From contig CAVVOB010000012.1 of NCBI GenBank assembly GCA_963749655.1, positions 205,502 through 269,501 of the forward strand: a stretch of DNA of 64,000 bases, read 5' to 3'. Source of the stretch: Nitrospirota bacterium. Lineage in GTDB: Bacteria > Nitrospirota > UBA9217. A program made the translations under genes and the position numbers. Positions 1-10,161 of the stretch are shown here, piece by piece. Position 1 is the first letter of the stretch; each line of letters starts with the position of its first letter. The notes under the pieces were generated by a model, which saw only the letters and a program-made list of their open reading frames with translations, was not told the origin of the DNA and made no database searches.

Positions 1-213
1 CATTTTATCGAATATAACTACGCAGGGATGTTTTCGCCTGATCTCGACTTCCGTCAACAACCGGACAATACCTTTGTGATATTGACCAAAGACGAACCTT
101 GGTTCCCCTCGCTAGAACAAGCGGGAAAATATAATCAAGCCATAATCGATTTGAAAAAAAATCTGTCTCCCGTATATGAAGACGGATACTTTATCGTGGT
201 AAAAAAGCCGTGA
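1..213 (+). CDS. 3' end of a hypothetical protein (partial, enters from window edge)
   Basis: Open frame from position 1 to TGA at 211-213; AT-richer than neighbours; no motif recognised. Confidence 0.55.
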   Translation, partial: HFIEYNYAGMFSPDLDFRQQPDNTFVILTKDEPWFPSLEQAGKYNQAIIDLKKNLSPVYEDGYFIVVKKP

Positions 214-292
214 CTCCCTTCGCCGTGGACCGATCTGACGGGAATGCTCTTTTTTCTGGATGTTTCCCCGTCAATTTGTTACTCTACCGTCC

Positions 293-1561
293 ATGGCAAA
301 CCAACCTGTCTCCCGCAACCCCTGGTCTTTTCTTCCCACGCTCTATTTCGCCGAGGGTCTCCCCTACGTCCTGATCAACACCGTTTCGGTGATCCTGTAC
401 AAGCGAATGGGCATCGACAACGCCCACATCGCTTTCTGGACGAGCTGGCTCTATCTGCCCTGGGTCATCAAGATGTTCTGGGGCCCTTTCGTGGACGTGT
501 ACTCGACCAAGCGGAAATGGATCCTCGCCACCCAGGCAACGATGAGCTTCTGCATGTTCCTCGTCGCATTCTCGCTCAGGACGGACTCGTTCTTCGCCCT
601 GTCGCTTGCGGCCTTTTTCGCGGGAGCCTTCGTCTCCGCGACCTATGACATCGCCACGGACGGCTTCTACATGCTGGCGCTCACGGAAAAGGACCAGGCG
701 CTTTTCGTGGGGCTTCGCGCAGGCTTCTACCGGCTGGCGATGATCTTCGGGTCGGGCGCCCTGGTCTATCTTGCCGGCATGCTCGAGACATCGAGCGGGG
801 ACATCGCCTGGAGCTGGTCGACGGCAATGATCGTCTCAGGCCTCATCTTCGCGAGCGCGTGGCTGTACCATAAATTTATGCTTCCGTTCCCGCCAGCGGA
901 CCGGGGAAACCCGGCACGGGAACGAACAGCAGGAGCTTCCTTCGGCGAGGTCATCAATGCCTATTTCAGGCAGGACAAGATCGGCGTGACGCTCGCCTTC
1001 ATTCTCCTCTACCGCCTGGGCGAGGCCATGCTGCTCAAGCTGGTTACCCCCTTTCTTCTCGACAAGGCCGAAGCGGGCGGGCTGGGGCTGTCAACACAGG
1101 ATGTGGGGATCGTTTACGGAACAATCGGTGTGATCTGTCTGGTGGCGGGGGGGATCCTGGGCGGATGGCTCATCTCGCGGTTCGGATTCAGGCGCTGCGT
1201 CTGGCCCATGGTGATCGCCATGCACCTGCCCGACCTGTTTTTCGTGTATATGGCTTATGCGCAGCCGGGCATCGGCTTTGTGTACCCGCTCGTCGCCCTT
1301 GAGCAGTTCGGCTACGGGCTGGGCTTTACCGTGTTCACGGTCTACCTCATGTACTCCGTGGACAGCCGGTACAAGACGTCGCACTACGCCATTTCAACGG
1401 GCATCATGGCCCTCGGCATGATGCTTCCGGGTTTTGCCAGCGGATGGATCCAGCAGCAGGCGGGCTACAGGATGTTCTTCATCATCGTGTGCCTGATGAC
1501 CATCCCGGGAATGCTGACTATTCCTTTTCTCGCAAAGGAGCGGATGGACCGGCAGGGGTGA
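293..1561 (+). CDS. AmpG-like MFS permease
   Basis: About 12 hydrophobic segments; motifs LYFAEGLP, LPWVIKMFWGPFVD, SATYDIATDGFY typical of AmpG-family MFS; ATG at 293. Confidence 0.85.
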   Translation: MANQPVSRNPWSFLPTLYFAEGLPYVLINTVSVILYKRMGIDNAHIAFWTSWLYLPWVIKMFWGPFVDVYSTKRKWILATQATMSFCMFLVAFSLRTDSFFALSLAAFFAGAFVSATYDIATDGFYMLALTEKDQALFVGLRAGFYRLAMIFGSGALVYLAGMLETSSGDIAWSWSTAMIVSGLIFASAWLYHKFMLPFPPADRGNPARERTAGASFGEVINAYFRQDKIGVTLAFILLYRLGEAMLLKLVTPFLLDKAEAGGLGLSTQDVGIVYGTIGVICLVAGGILGGWLISRFGFRRCVWPMVIAMHLPDLFFVYMAYAQPGIGFVYPLVALEQFGYGLGFTVFTVYLMYSVDSRYKTSHYAISTGIMALGMMLPGFASGWIQQQAGYRMFFIIVCLMTIPGMLTIPFLAKERMDRQG

Positions 1562-1624
1562 AGCAGCCGCGGCCATTGGATGCTCCGCGGCGTTCCCGAC
1601 AATCTGCGGTTTTGCCGGGCGGAT

Positions 1625-1870
1625 CTAGTCCTTCCACCCTCCGGCCAGAACATATCCGATTATCACGCCGATGATCGGGCCGATGGTCTCGCGGCCGAGA
1701 ACGCCGATCGCGCCGAGCGCCAGCATGAGAGGCAGGACGAGTACGATCGAAACCAGCTGCAGCGTCTTGCCCCCGATCGTTGCGTTCTGCTTGACGATGA
1801 GCGAGTAAACGCCCCACAAACCTGCCCCCATGACGATCATCGCGACCACTGCGATCACTGTATTCCACAC
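1625..1870 (-). CDS. small membrane protein
   Basis: 81 aa, three hydrophobic helices, GGGAGG upstream. Confidence 0.7.
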   Translation of the reverse strand: MWNTVIAVVAMIVMGAGLWGVYSLIVKQNATIGGKTLQLVSIVLVLPLMLALGAIGVLGRETIGPIIGVIIGYVLAGGWKD

Positions 1871-2081
1871 ATTATTAATCCAGACGACCTCCCGGTAAAA
1901 TAATGGCTTTGCCGCAGACTGCGGCCAATGAACGAGGCACCATTATAAGGGAACCGGCAGTGCGTTGTCAAAGAGTAAAAACAACTGCGGTCCTGGACAA
2001 CAAGGGATGGCAATGTTCCGGGAAAGCAGGTACAATTGAAGCATCGACGGCTTTTATCGGGGCGTCAACAGGGAGGCGACT

Positions 2082-3011
2082 ATCGAAAAGGTTCTCTATG
2101 AATTCGGTCTCATCATCGCGGCGGGATACGGCTGGCGGTGGTTCAATCCCGGCGGGCTCGACCGGCACCGCGCGCGCCATGCGCTGAGCGTGACGGTACT
2201 GCACGTTTTTCTTCCGGCGCTGGCTTTCGGGCTTGTTGCATCGACGAAGGTAGACCGGAGCTTCGTCGCTGTTCCGCTCACGGCCGCTGCTGTTGTTCTT
2301 GTTTCGCTCGCAGCCGGTTTTGTTGCATACAAACTGCTTCCCTGGTTCCGGGACATCCCGCCACGCGCCTTCGGCGTCATGATGCTGTCCGCCGCCTTCG
2401 GCAACGTCACCTATCTCGGGCTGCCGGTCATTACGGAAATGCTCGGCCCCGGCTACGGCTATGTCGCGGTCCTGTACGATCTGCTGGCCTCGACGCCGAT
2501 TCTGCTCACGGTCGGGGTGTTCATCGCGGCGCGCTACGGCAGCGGCAGGGCGCTGTCCGTCGCCGCATCGTTGAAGCGGGTCGTGCTTCTTCCGCCGCTC
2601 TGGGGCGTGGTCGCGGGCATTGCGGTCCGGCTGGCCCACCTCCCGGTGCCTCAGCTGGTGCTGGATACAGCGACGCTCATGGGCAAGGCGGTGATTCCAA
2701 TCATGATCTTCACGGTCGGCCTCGCCCTCGATTTCCGGGACGTCAAGCGGCTGCCCATTGCGATCCCCGCGCTTGCGATCAAGCTGCTGGCCGCGCCGGT
2801 CCTGGCATGGTGGGCCGGATCGCGGCTCGGACTGGCCGGTCCGGTGCTCGAAGCATCGGTCGTCGAAGGCGCCATGCCGGTCATGGTGCTGTCGCTTGTG
2901 ATCGCCGACGAGTTCGAGCTTGATGTGCCCCTGGCCGCGGCGTGCATCGCGGCATCGACCGTTCTCTTGTTCTTTACCATGCCGCTCATGATGAAGGCGG
3001 TGCAGGTATGA
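2082..3011 (+). CDS. AEC (auxin efflux carrier) family transporter, probable ATC start
   Basis: FGNVTYLGLP and AMP motifs, many TM segments; frame is open back to ATC 2082, which follows GGGAGG at 2071-2076; in-frame TGA at 2037. Confidence 0.85.
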   Translation: MEKVLYEFGLIIAAGYGWRWFNPGGLDRHRARHALSVTVLHVFLPALAFGLVASTKVDRSFVAVPLTAAAVVLVSLAAGFVAYKLLPWFRDIPPRAFGVMMLSAAFGNVTYLGLPVITEMLGPGYGYVAVLYDLLASTPILLTVGVFIAARYGSGRALSVAASLKRVVLLPPLWGVVAGIAVRLAHLPVPQLVLDTATLMGKAVIPIMIFTVGLALDFRDVKRLPIAIPALAIKLLAAPVLAWWAGSRLGLAGPVLEASVVEGAMPVMVLSLVIADEFELDVPLAAACIAASTVLLFFTMPLMMKAVQV

Positions 3012-4394
3012 AAACAACAAAGGAGTACGACGTCATCATCATCGGGTCCGGGCCCGGCGGGCATTTTCGCCGCCCTCGAACTCGTCCGGAAGCCCGGGCT
3101 CAGGATCCTCATGGTCGAGAAGGGCAGCGACATCAACGAGCGCTCGTGCCCCATGGTCGAGTCCGACATCGCCTGTGTTCAGTGCAGCCTCTGCAGCATC
3201 CTCTGCGGATGGGGAGGAGCGGGGGCGTACAGCGACGGCAAGCTGACCCTCACGCCCGACTTCGGCGGCTGGCTCAAAGACTATATTTCCCAGGACGACC
3301 TCCTGTCGTTCATCGATTACGCTGATTCCGTGTACCAGTCCTTCGGCGCCGGCGGCGAAGTCCACGGCGGCGACACCGAAGCGGTGTCTCGTCTCAGGAA
3401 AAAGGCCGCAGGCTACAACCTGGAGCTCATCCCCGCGCGGATCAGGCATATCGGCACGGACCTCTGCCGCGAGGTATTGAGAAAGATCAGGGAGCATTTG
3501 AACGGAAAGGTGGACATCCTGTTCGACGTGCCGGTGGAGCAGATCAGGACGAGGGACGGCCAGGTGTCGGGAATCGTAACGACGAAGGGGGACGCCTACG
3601 ACGCCCGTTTTGTCGTCGCGGCAGCAGGCAGGGAAGGCTCGTCCTGGCTTTCGGGAGAGGCGAAACGGCTGGGGCTTCCGGTCCAGAAGAACCCGGTCGA
3701 CATCGGCGTGCGCGTCGAGCTTCCGGCGCACATCATGAAGGACATCACCGACATCGCCTACGAGGGCAAGTTCATCTACTTCTCCCGCCGGTTTCGCGAC
3801 CGCGTGCGGACGTTCTGCATGAACCCTTACGGTGAGGTGGTGAAGGAGTACAGCGAGGGCATCTGCAGCGCGAACGGCCACAGCTACAAGAACCGCAAGA
3901 CCGGCAACACGAATTTCGCCCTGCTCGTGAGCACCGACTTTACCCGGCCCTTCAACGATCCCATCGCCTACGGCAGGTATATTGCCGGGCTCGCGAACCT
4001 GCTGGGAGGCGGGGTGATCGTTCAGCGGCTCGGCGACCTCAAGATGGGAAGGCGTTCCACGGCCGAGCGCATCGCCGAAGGATCGGTCCGGCCGACGCTC
4101 GATGACGCGGCGCCGGGCGACCTCAGCTTCGTATTGCCCTACCGCCACCTGCACAATATCACCGAAATGCTCGAGGCGCTCGACAACGTGGCGCCGGGAG
4201 TGAACTCCGGTGACACGCTGCTCTACGGCGTGGAAGTGAAGTTCTACTCCATGAAGCTCAAGCTTTCCTCGTGCCTCGAAACGGAAGTGAGGAATCTCTT
4301 TGCCGCGGGCGACGGCGCGGGGGTGACCCGCGGCCTGATCCAGGCGTCCATCTCCGGGATCGTTGCGGCGCGGGAAGTGCTGAAAAGGGTGTGA
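3008..4394 (+). CDS. FAD-dependent oxidoreductase (uncharacterised dehydrogenase type), one frameshift near 3055
   Basis: YDVIIIGSGP Rossmann start, GWGGAGAYSDGKL, LFAAGDGAG; ATG overlaps upstream TGA. Confidence 0.85.
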
Positions 4395-4398
4395 CAGG

Positions 4399-4546
4399 CA
4401 AGCCGGAAGCAAAACATTTGTCACCATGAAGGCCACGAAGAACAGGCGCCGGTTCAATCTTGCAGATTGAACCGGAATTTTAACGCATGGTTCAGGCTTC
4501 AAGCCTGAACCAGTTCCTTTTGTGTACGGCCGTATCTTCATCGTGA
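4399..4546. repeat. nested palindromic element
   Basis: CAAGCCGGAA at 4399; outer arms TCACCATGAAG (4421-4431)/CTTCATCGTGA (4536-4546); inner perfect 12-bp inverted repeats at 4449-4475 and 4488-4512. Confidence 0.75.
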
Positions 4547-4779
4547 ATATTCTTCCCATAATGGGCGGAACGTTACTTTTTCGTAAAGTCATCACGTTTC
4601 TCCTCAAGTCTCCGAATTTACCCCGTCGTCCTGTAATGTGTGGCAACCGGTTACGCTCCTCCTCATTTTTCCCTTCCCATCTATTGGCTTGATTTTTCAG
4701 GTATATGGTGTTATTTTATGCCATTCATGACCGGCTGTGTGCAGAAAGGTTACATGCAGGGCACAAGAAAGGACAAGTC

Positions 4780-4955
4780 ATGAGAAGAGACATCTGGATT
4801 TTCCTGTTTTTCGTCGGCATCCTGTTCTTCGGCTGGCCGATCCTCAGCATCTTCAACAACGGCCTGGCTTCTATCTTTTCATTGTCTGGCTGCTCTTCAT
4901 CGTGTTCATCTTCATTGCCGTAACATTCCCGCGAAGAGAGGACAATAACGGATAA
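4780..4955 (+). CDS. small two-helix membrane protein upstream of SSS-kinase (frameshift near 4868)
   Basis: MRRDIWIFLFFVGILFFGWP joined to FYLFIVWLLFIVFIFIAVT; AAAGGA RBS; stop abuts next GTG. Confidence 0.7.
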
Positions 4956-7915
4956 GTGTTTTCTCCCTGGGTCCTGCTTGCTGTAATACTTTCCTATCTC
5001 CTGCTCCTCTTTTCGGTCGCCTATTTCGCCGAACGCAAGGAGGCGCAGGGCAGGAGCCTCGTCTCCAATCCCTACATCTATTCGCTCTCCCTTGCCGTAT
5101 ACTGCACCTCCTGGACGTTCTACGGCAGCGTGGGCAAGGCCGCCAATTCGGGCCTGAGCTTTCTCACGATCTATATCGGACCGACGCTCATGGCGGCGCT
5201 CTGGTGGGTCGTCCTGCGCAAGATCGTCCTATCGCGAAGGAGAACCGGATCACCACGATCTCGGACTTCATCTCGTCGCGCTACGGAAAGTCCCTCGGCC
5301 TGTCGGTCCTGGTCACGATCGTGGCGGTCGTCGGCATCACGCCCTATCTCGGGCTCCAGCTCAAGGCCATCATGACCGCCTTTGCCCTGCTCTCGGGGAG
5401 GTCCCAGGGCAGCCACCTGGCAGGCTGGTTCACGGGCTGGTTCATCTCGCTGCTGCTCGGGCATCTTCGCCGTCATCTTCGGAGCGCGAAGGCTCGATGC
5501 GTCGGAGCGCCACGGCGGCCTGGTCTTTGCCGTGGCCTTCGAGTCGGCGATCAAGCTGGTCGCGTTTCTGCTCGTCGGGGTCTTCGTGACCTACGGGCTC
5601 TTCAACGGGTTCGGCGACATCTTCGGAGGATCGCCGCGGGGCCCTACGCCCCGCTCATGAAGATCGGCGACGGGTCTCCGGTCAGCTTTCTGGAATGGAC
5701 CTCGCTCACCTTTCTGTCCATGATGGCCATCCTGTTCCTGCCCCGCCAGTTCCATGTGGCGGTCGTGGAAAACTATTCGGTGGACCACATCAAGAAGGCC
5801 ATGTGGCTGTTTCCGCTGTATCTGTTCCTGATCAACATCTTCGTGCTTCCCATCGCCTACGGCGGGCTGCTGCTGGGCGACATCCCGTCCACGGCCGACT
5901 ATTTCGTGCTGACCATCCCCATGCACCACGGCCACCCGCTCCTGGCGCTCATCGTGTTCATCGGCGGGTTCTCGGCGGCAACGGCCATGATCATCGTGGA
6001 ATCGGTCGCGCTTAGCACCATGGTGATGAACAGCTTCGTCATGCCGACGTTCTGGGACCTTCCGCCGTTCAAGAATTTTCATGCCGTGATGCTGAACATC
6101 AAGCGGATGGTCATCCTGGGGTGCGTGTTCCTGGGCTATATTTTCGCCGTGTACATCGGCGATTATTACAGCCTCGTGGACATCGGGCTCAAGTCCTTCG
6201 AAGCGGTCACGATCTTCGCGCCGTCCATCCTGCTCGGCCTCTACTGGAAGGGCGGCAACAAGAAGGGGGCCATCGCCGGCATCGTCGCCGGGTTCAGCGT
6301 CTGGATCTATACGCTGCTGATCCCGGCGCTCATGCGCGCCGGCATCATCCAGCAGGGCGATCTCCTGGAGGCGATCGTCAGGTCAACGCTGCTGAATCCC
6401 ACGGCGCTCTTCGGACTCGAAGGCCTCGACCGCTGGAGCCATTCCCTGTTCTGGGGGCTGTTGCTGAACCTGCTCTTCTATGTGGGCGTGTCGCTCTTCA
6501 CGAGGCAGTCCGATGCCGAGACGCACCAGGCCATCATTTTCGTCGATTCCTTTTCACCGCTCCAGTTCTCCGCAGACCCAGCGGCCGCTGGACATCGGCG
6601 AGATCGAGACATGCTCGGCCAGTATATCGGGCCCGGCGAAGCGCGCGAGCGTGGACGAGTTTTCTCAGATACAACGGACTGGAGCGCACAGAGCCTGTCC
6701 GGCGAGTGGCTGCTGAAGCTCCGGCAGGAGGCGGAGCGGATCCTTTCGGGCGCGCTGGGGCCGTCGATCAGCACGCTGGTGTTCCAGGACAAGACGGTCC
6801 TGACGCATGAAGAGGCGCTGCGGGTCTCGAAATCGATCCGGCAGATCTCGCGGAGCCTGCAGATTGTCGCGGCAGGAGCTTGCCGAGGCGAACCGGCAGC
6901 TCGCCATGCTCAAGGAGTTCAGCGAGAACATCATCGAAAGCCTTCCCCTCGGCGTGGCGACGCTCGATGAATCGCTGCGCGTCAAGTACTGGAACAGCGG
7001 CATGGAGCTGATCACGGGCGTGGAAAAGTCGGATGCCATGAACCGGGACGCCGCCAGCTGCTCACCTGCCTCGAGCCGCGCCTCTTCAGCCCCACGGTGC
7101 ATGAGGGCGAGATCACCTGCCGAAGGAACTTCGATCCCCAGATCATCCTGAAGGGGAACCTGAGCAAGCTCACCGGCGCCCACAAAGGGTATGTGCTCGT
7201 GCTCGAGGACATCACCGAGAAGAAGAAGATCGAGGAGGAGCTGTTCCGGGCGACCAAGCACGCCAGCGTGGGCCGGCTCGCCGCGGGCGTGGCCCACGAG
7301 ATCGGCAACCCCCTTGCCTCCATCTCGTCGCTGGTGCAGGAGCTCCAGACCGAGGAGCTGACGTCCTTTGTCCGGGAGTCGCTCACCACGATCAACGAGC
7401 ATGTGCACCGCATCGCGCGGATCGTGCGGAACCTCGGCGATTTCGCCCGGCTCTATCCGCGCCAGAAAATGCCGACGAGCCTCCGGGACATCCTGGAGAA
7501 CACGCTGAACCTGGTGCGGTACGACAGGAAGTTCAAAAAGATCGAGATCCGCACGGACGTGCAGGATACGCCGCCGCTCAAGATCGATCCCGGACCAGAT
7601 CCAGCAGGTGTTCCTGAACCTGATCCTGAACGCCCGCGACGCCATGCCCGACGGCGGAAGCCTCGACATCGTCCATCGGGCAGACCGACGGCCAGGTGCC
7701 GGATGGTCTTCGCCGACACCGGGACCGGCATCGAGACGGAGGTGAAGGACAAGGTCTTCGACCCCTTCTTCAGCACCAAGGGGCCGACCAAGGGCACGGG
7801 CCTGGGCCTCTCGATCTGCTACAGCATCATCAAGGACCACGGCGGCACGATCGAGATCGATTCGGAAAAGGACAAGGGGACGAAGTTCATTATCACGATT
7901 CCGGTGGAAGCGTAG
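4956..7915 (+). CDS. sodium:solute symporter-PAS-histidine kinase fusion (CbrA/CrbS-like), multiple frameshifts
   Basis: [31 protein letters not shown] (CbrA-type SSS domain); H-box [10 protein letters not shown]; FDPFFSTK and GTGLGLSI boxes. Confidence 0.88.
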
Positions 7916-7919
7916 ACGC

Positions 7920-8379
7920 TATCCGCAGATTACGCAGATTTCCAGATAGCTGACAAATATGCAGGAGCTGGCAAAAGAAATGGTCGAGGCGACAAAAAAT
8001 GATCCGAGGACTTATGCGGTCATTGGGGCCGCCATGGAAGTCCATCAACAACTAGGATGCGGGTTCCTGGAAGGTGTATATCAAGAGGCGTTTGCACTGG
8101 AGTTGGCGGCAAAAGGCATCCCTTTTCAATCCGAAATGGAATTGCCGATTTCTTATAAGAGTAAGAGGCTTCGTACATCCTATCGTGTCGACTTTATCTG
8201 CTATGATTCTGTCATCGTCGAGCTTAAGGCTTTAGCAAAACTGTCCAAAACGGAAGAGGCTCAAATAATTAATTACTTGAAAGCGACTGGCTTTCCAATA
8301 GGCCTTCTCATAAATTTTGGTTCCACATCGCTTGAATACCGTCGTTTTGCGTTTTCTCACTCTGCGGAATCTGCGGATA
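7920..8379. mobile_element. inverted-repeat-bounded GxxExxY cassette (putative)
   Basis: TATCCGCAGATTACGCAGA (7920-7938) and TCTGCGGAATCTGCGGATA (8361-8379) are reverse complements at 18/19 positions; AT-rich interior; sits between kinase and regulator. Confidence 0.6.
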
Positions 8380-8393
8380 AATATATACAATAG
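7959..8393 (+). CDS. GxxExxY protein (PD-(D/E)XK nuclease superfamily)
   Basis: LGCGFLEGVYQEA, RVDFIC...IVELKA, AQIINYLKATG, GLLINFG. Confidence 0.92.
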   Translation: MQELAKEMVEATKNDPRTYAVIGAAMEVHQQLGCGFLEGVYQEAFALELAAKGIPFQSEMELPISYKSKRLRTSYRVDFICYDSVIVELKALAKLSKTEEAQIINYLKATGFPIGLLINFGSTSLEYRRFAFSHSAESADKYIQ

Positions 8394-8401
8394 AGGTTTC
8401 A

Positions 8402-9763
8402 ATGTCCAAAAGCATCTTGATCGTGGAAGACGAAGAGACGCTGCGGGAGTCCATCAAGCGGATCTTCACCAAGGAAGGCTACGCCGTGGAAGGGGCGGAG
8501 TCGGCGGAGAAGGGCTGGAGCTGCTGGGCACGAACAGTCTACGACGTGATCATCTCGGACATCATCCTGCCGGGCATGGACGGCATCGAGATGCTCACCA
8601 AGGTGCGGGAGCAGATCCCGGACCAGATCGTCATCGTCGTCACCGCCTATGCGTCGCTCGATACGTCGGTCAAGGCGCTCCGGGCCGGCGCCTACGACTA
8701 CATCATGAAGCCGATCATCCACGAGGAGATCAAGCAGATCGTCCGGAACGCGCTCCGCCAGAAGAGCCTCCAGACCGAGAACGTGCTGCTCAAGCGGGAG
8801 ATCGGGAAGGACTACGATTTCAGCAGCATCATCGGCGAGAGCGCCGGCGCTCAAGACCATCTCGACGAGGTCAAGAAGGTCACGGACACCAAGAGCAGCG
8901 TGCTGCTCCTCGGCGAGACCGGCACGGGCAAGGAGCTCTTTGCGCGGGTCATCCACCACAACAGCTCCCGGCGCGACATGCCCTTTGTCCCGATCAACTG
9001 CTCCGCGATCCCCGAGAACCTGCTCGAGACCGAGCTCTTCGGCCACGTGCGCGGCGCCTTTACCGGCGCCGTGGCGACCAAGAAGGGCATCCTCGAGGAC
9101 GCCGAGGGCGGCACCGTGTTCCTCGACGAGATCGGCGACATGAGCCTGGCGCTCCAGGCCAAGCTGCTCCGCGTGATCGAGGACCAGGTGATCCGGCCCG
9201 TGGGCAGCACCAAGGGCACCAAGGTGGACATCCGGTTCATCACGGCGACGAACAAGGACCTGAAGTCCGCGGTCAAGACGGAGCGCGTTCCGCGAGGACC
9301 TCTACTACCGCATCAATGTCATCTCGCTCCAGATCCCGCCGCTCCGGGAACGGAAGGAAGACATCCGCGTCGCTGGTGCAGCACTACCTGGCAGATATGC
9401 CCAGGAGATGGGCAGGCAGGTCAAGGAGCTCTCCCCCGAAGCCATGGATCTCATGATGAACTACGAGTGGGCCGGGAACGTGCGCGAGCTCCAGAACGTC
9501 ATCGAGCGGGCCATCCTCATTTCCGACGGCGACGTCATCAGGCCGGAGCATCTGCCCGGCGGCGTGACGGCCGGGATCGACGTTCGAGCTCGAGTCCTTC
9601 GACCAGAAGCTTTCGATCGAGGACTACACCAAGGCCTTCATCCTGCGCTACCAGGCCGAGTTCAACGAACAGCAGCTCGCCGATCATGCTCGGGATCACC
9701 CGGAAATCGCTCTGGGAGAAGCGGAAGAAATGGGGGATCCCGAAAGAGCGGCAGGTCACATAG
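8402..9763 (+). CDS. sigma-54-dependent response regulator (NtrC/CbrB-like), frameshifted
   Basis: REC domain (VEDE, DIILPG), GETGTGKE, GAFTGA, FLDEIG, C-terminal LGITRKSLWEK HTH. Confidence 0.92.
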   Translation: MSKSILIVEDEETLRESIKRIFTKEGYAVEGAESAEKGWSCWARTVYDVIISDIILPGMDGIEMLTKVREQIPDQIVIVVTAYASLDTSVKALRAGAYDYIMKPIIHEEIKQIVRNALRQKSLQTENVLLKREIGKDYDFSSIIGESAGAQDHLDEVKKVTDTKSSVLLLGETGTGKELFARVIHHNSSRRDMPFVPINCSAIPENLLETELFGHVRGAFTGAVATKKGILEDAEGGTVFLDEIGDMSLALQAKLLRVIEDQVIRPVGSTKGTKVDIRFITATNKDLKSAVKTERVPRGPLLPHQCHLAPDPAAPGTEGRHPRRWCSTTWQICPGDGQAGQGALPRSHGSHDELRVGRERARAPERHRAGHPHFRRRRHQAGASARRRDGRDRRSSSSPSTRSFRSRTTPRPSSCATRPSSTNSSSPIMLGITRKSLWEKRKKWGIPKERQVT

Positions 9764-9841
9764 CTTCAGCCATCCGCTCTGTCCCTGATACAGAAAACCA
9801 CAGAACTTGTGTTTCTCTTTGCGCGACATATCCTTTCCCTT

Positions 9842-10118
9842 AAACCTGGAAGGGCAGTTGGAACCACAGATAAACACGGATGAACGCAGATGAAAAAAGG
9901 TATACGAGTGCTTCAAGGATTTGCATTAACGCTCTGACTTATCTGTGTCTATCAGTGTTCATCCATGGTTAATTGTTCTTCAGTCCATCAAAAACCTGGA
10001 AGGGCAGATGGAACCACAGATAAACACGGATGAACGCAGATGAAAAAATGCATACGAGTATTAACGCGCTTATTTATCCGTGTCTATCAGTGTTCATCCG
10101 TGGTTAATTGTTCTTCAG
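9842..10118. repeat. two tandem copies of a palindromic MITE-like element (9842-9983, 9992-10118)
   Basis: Both begin AAACCTGGAAGGGCAG.TGGAACCACAGATAAACACGGATGAACGCAGATG and end ATC.GTGTCTATCAGTGTTCATCC.TGGTTAATTGTTCTTCAG. Confidence 0.9.
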
Positions 10119-10161
10119 ACGAATTCAGTTCATACCCTTCTCCCCACGCTATAATATCCCT

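Noticed and set aside
3039-4646. Long antisense ORFs (e.g. 3039-4646, 11799-13106, 35499-36797, 49566-50963)
   Set aside because: They shadow well-supported genes on the other strand, as expected in GC-rich DNA, and show no motifs
9842-10118. Tandem repeat as a mini-CRISPR
   Set aside because: Only two units of about 130-140 bp, each a long palindrome; no repeat-spacer periodicity
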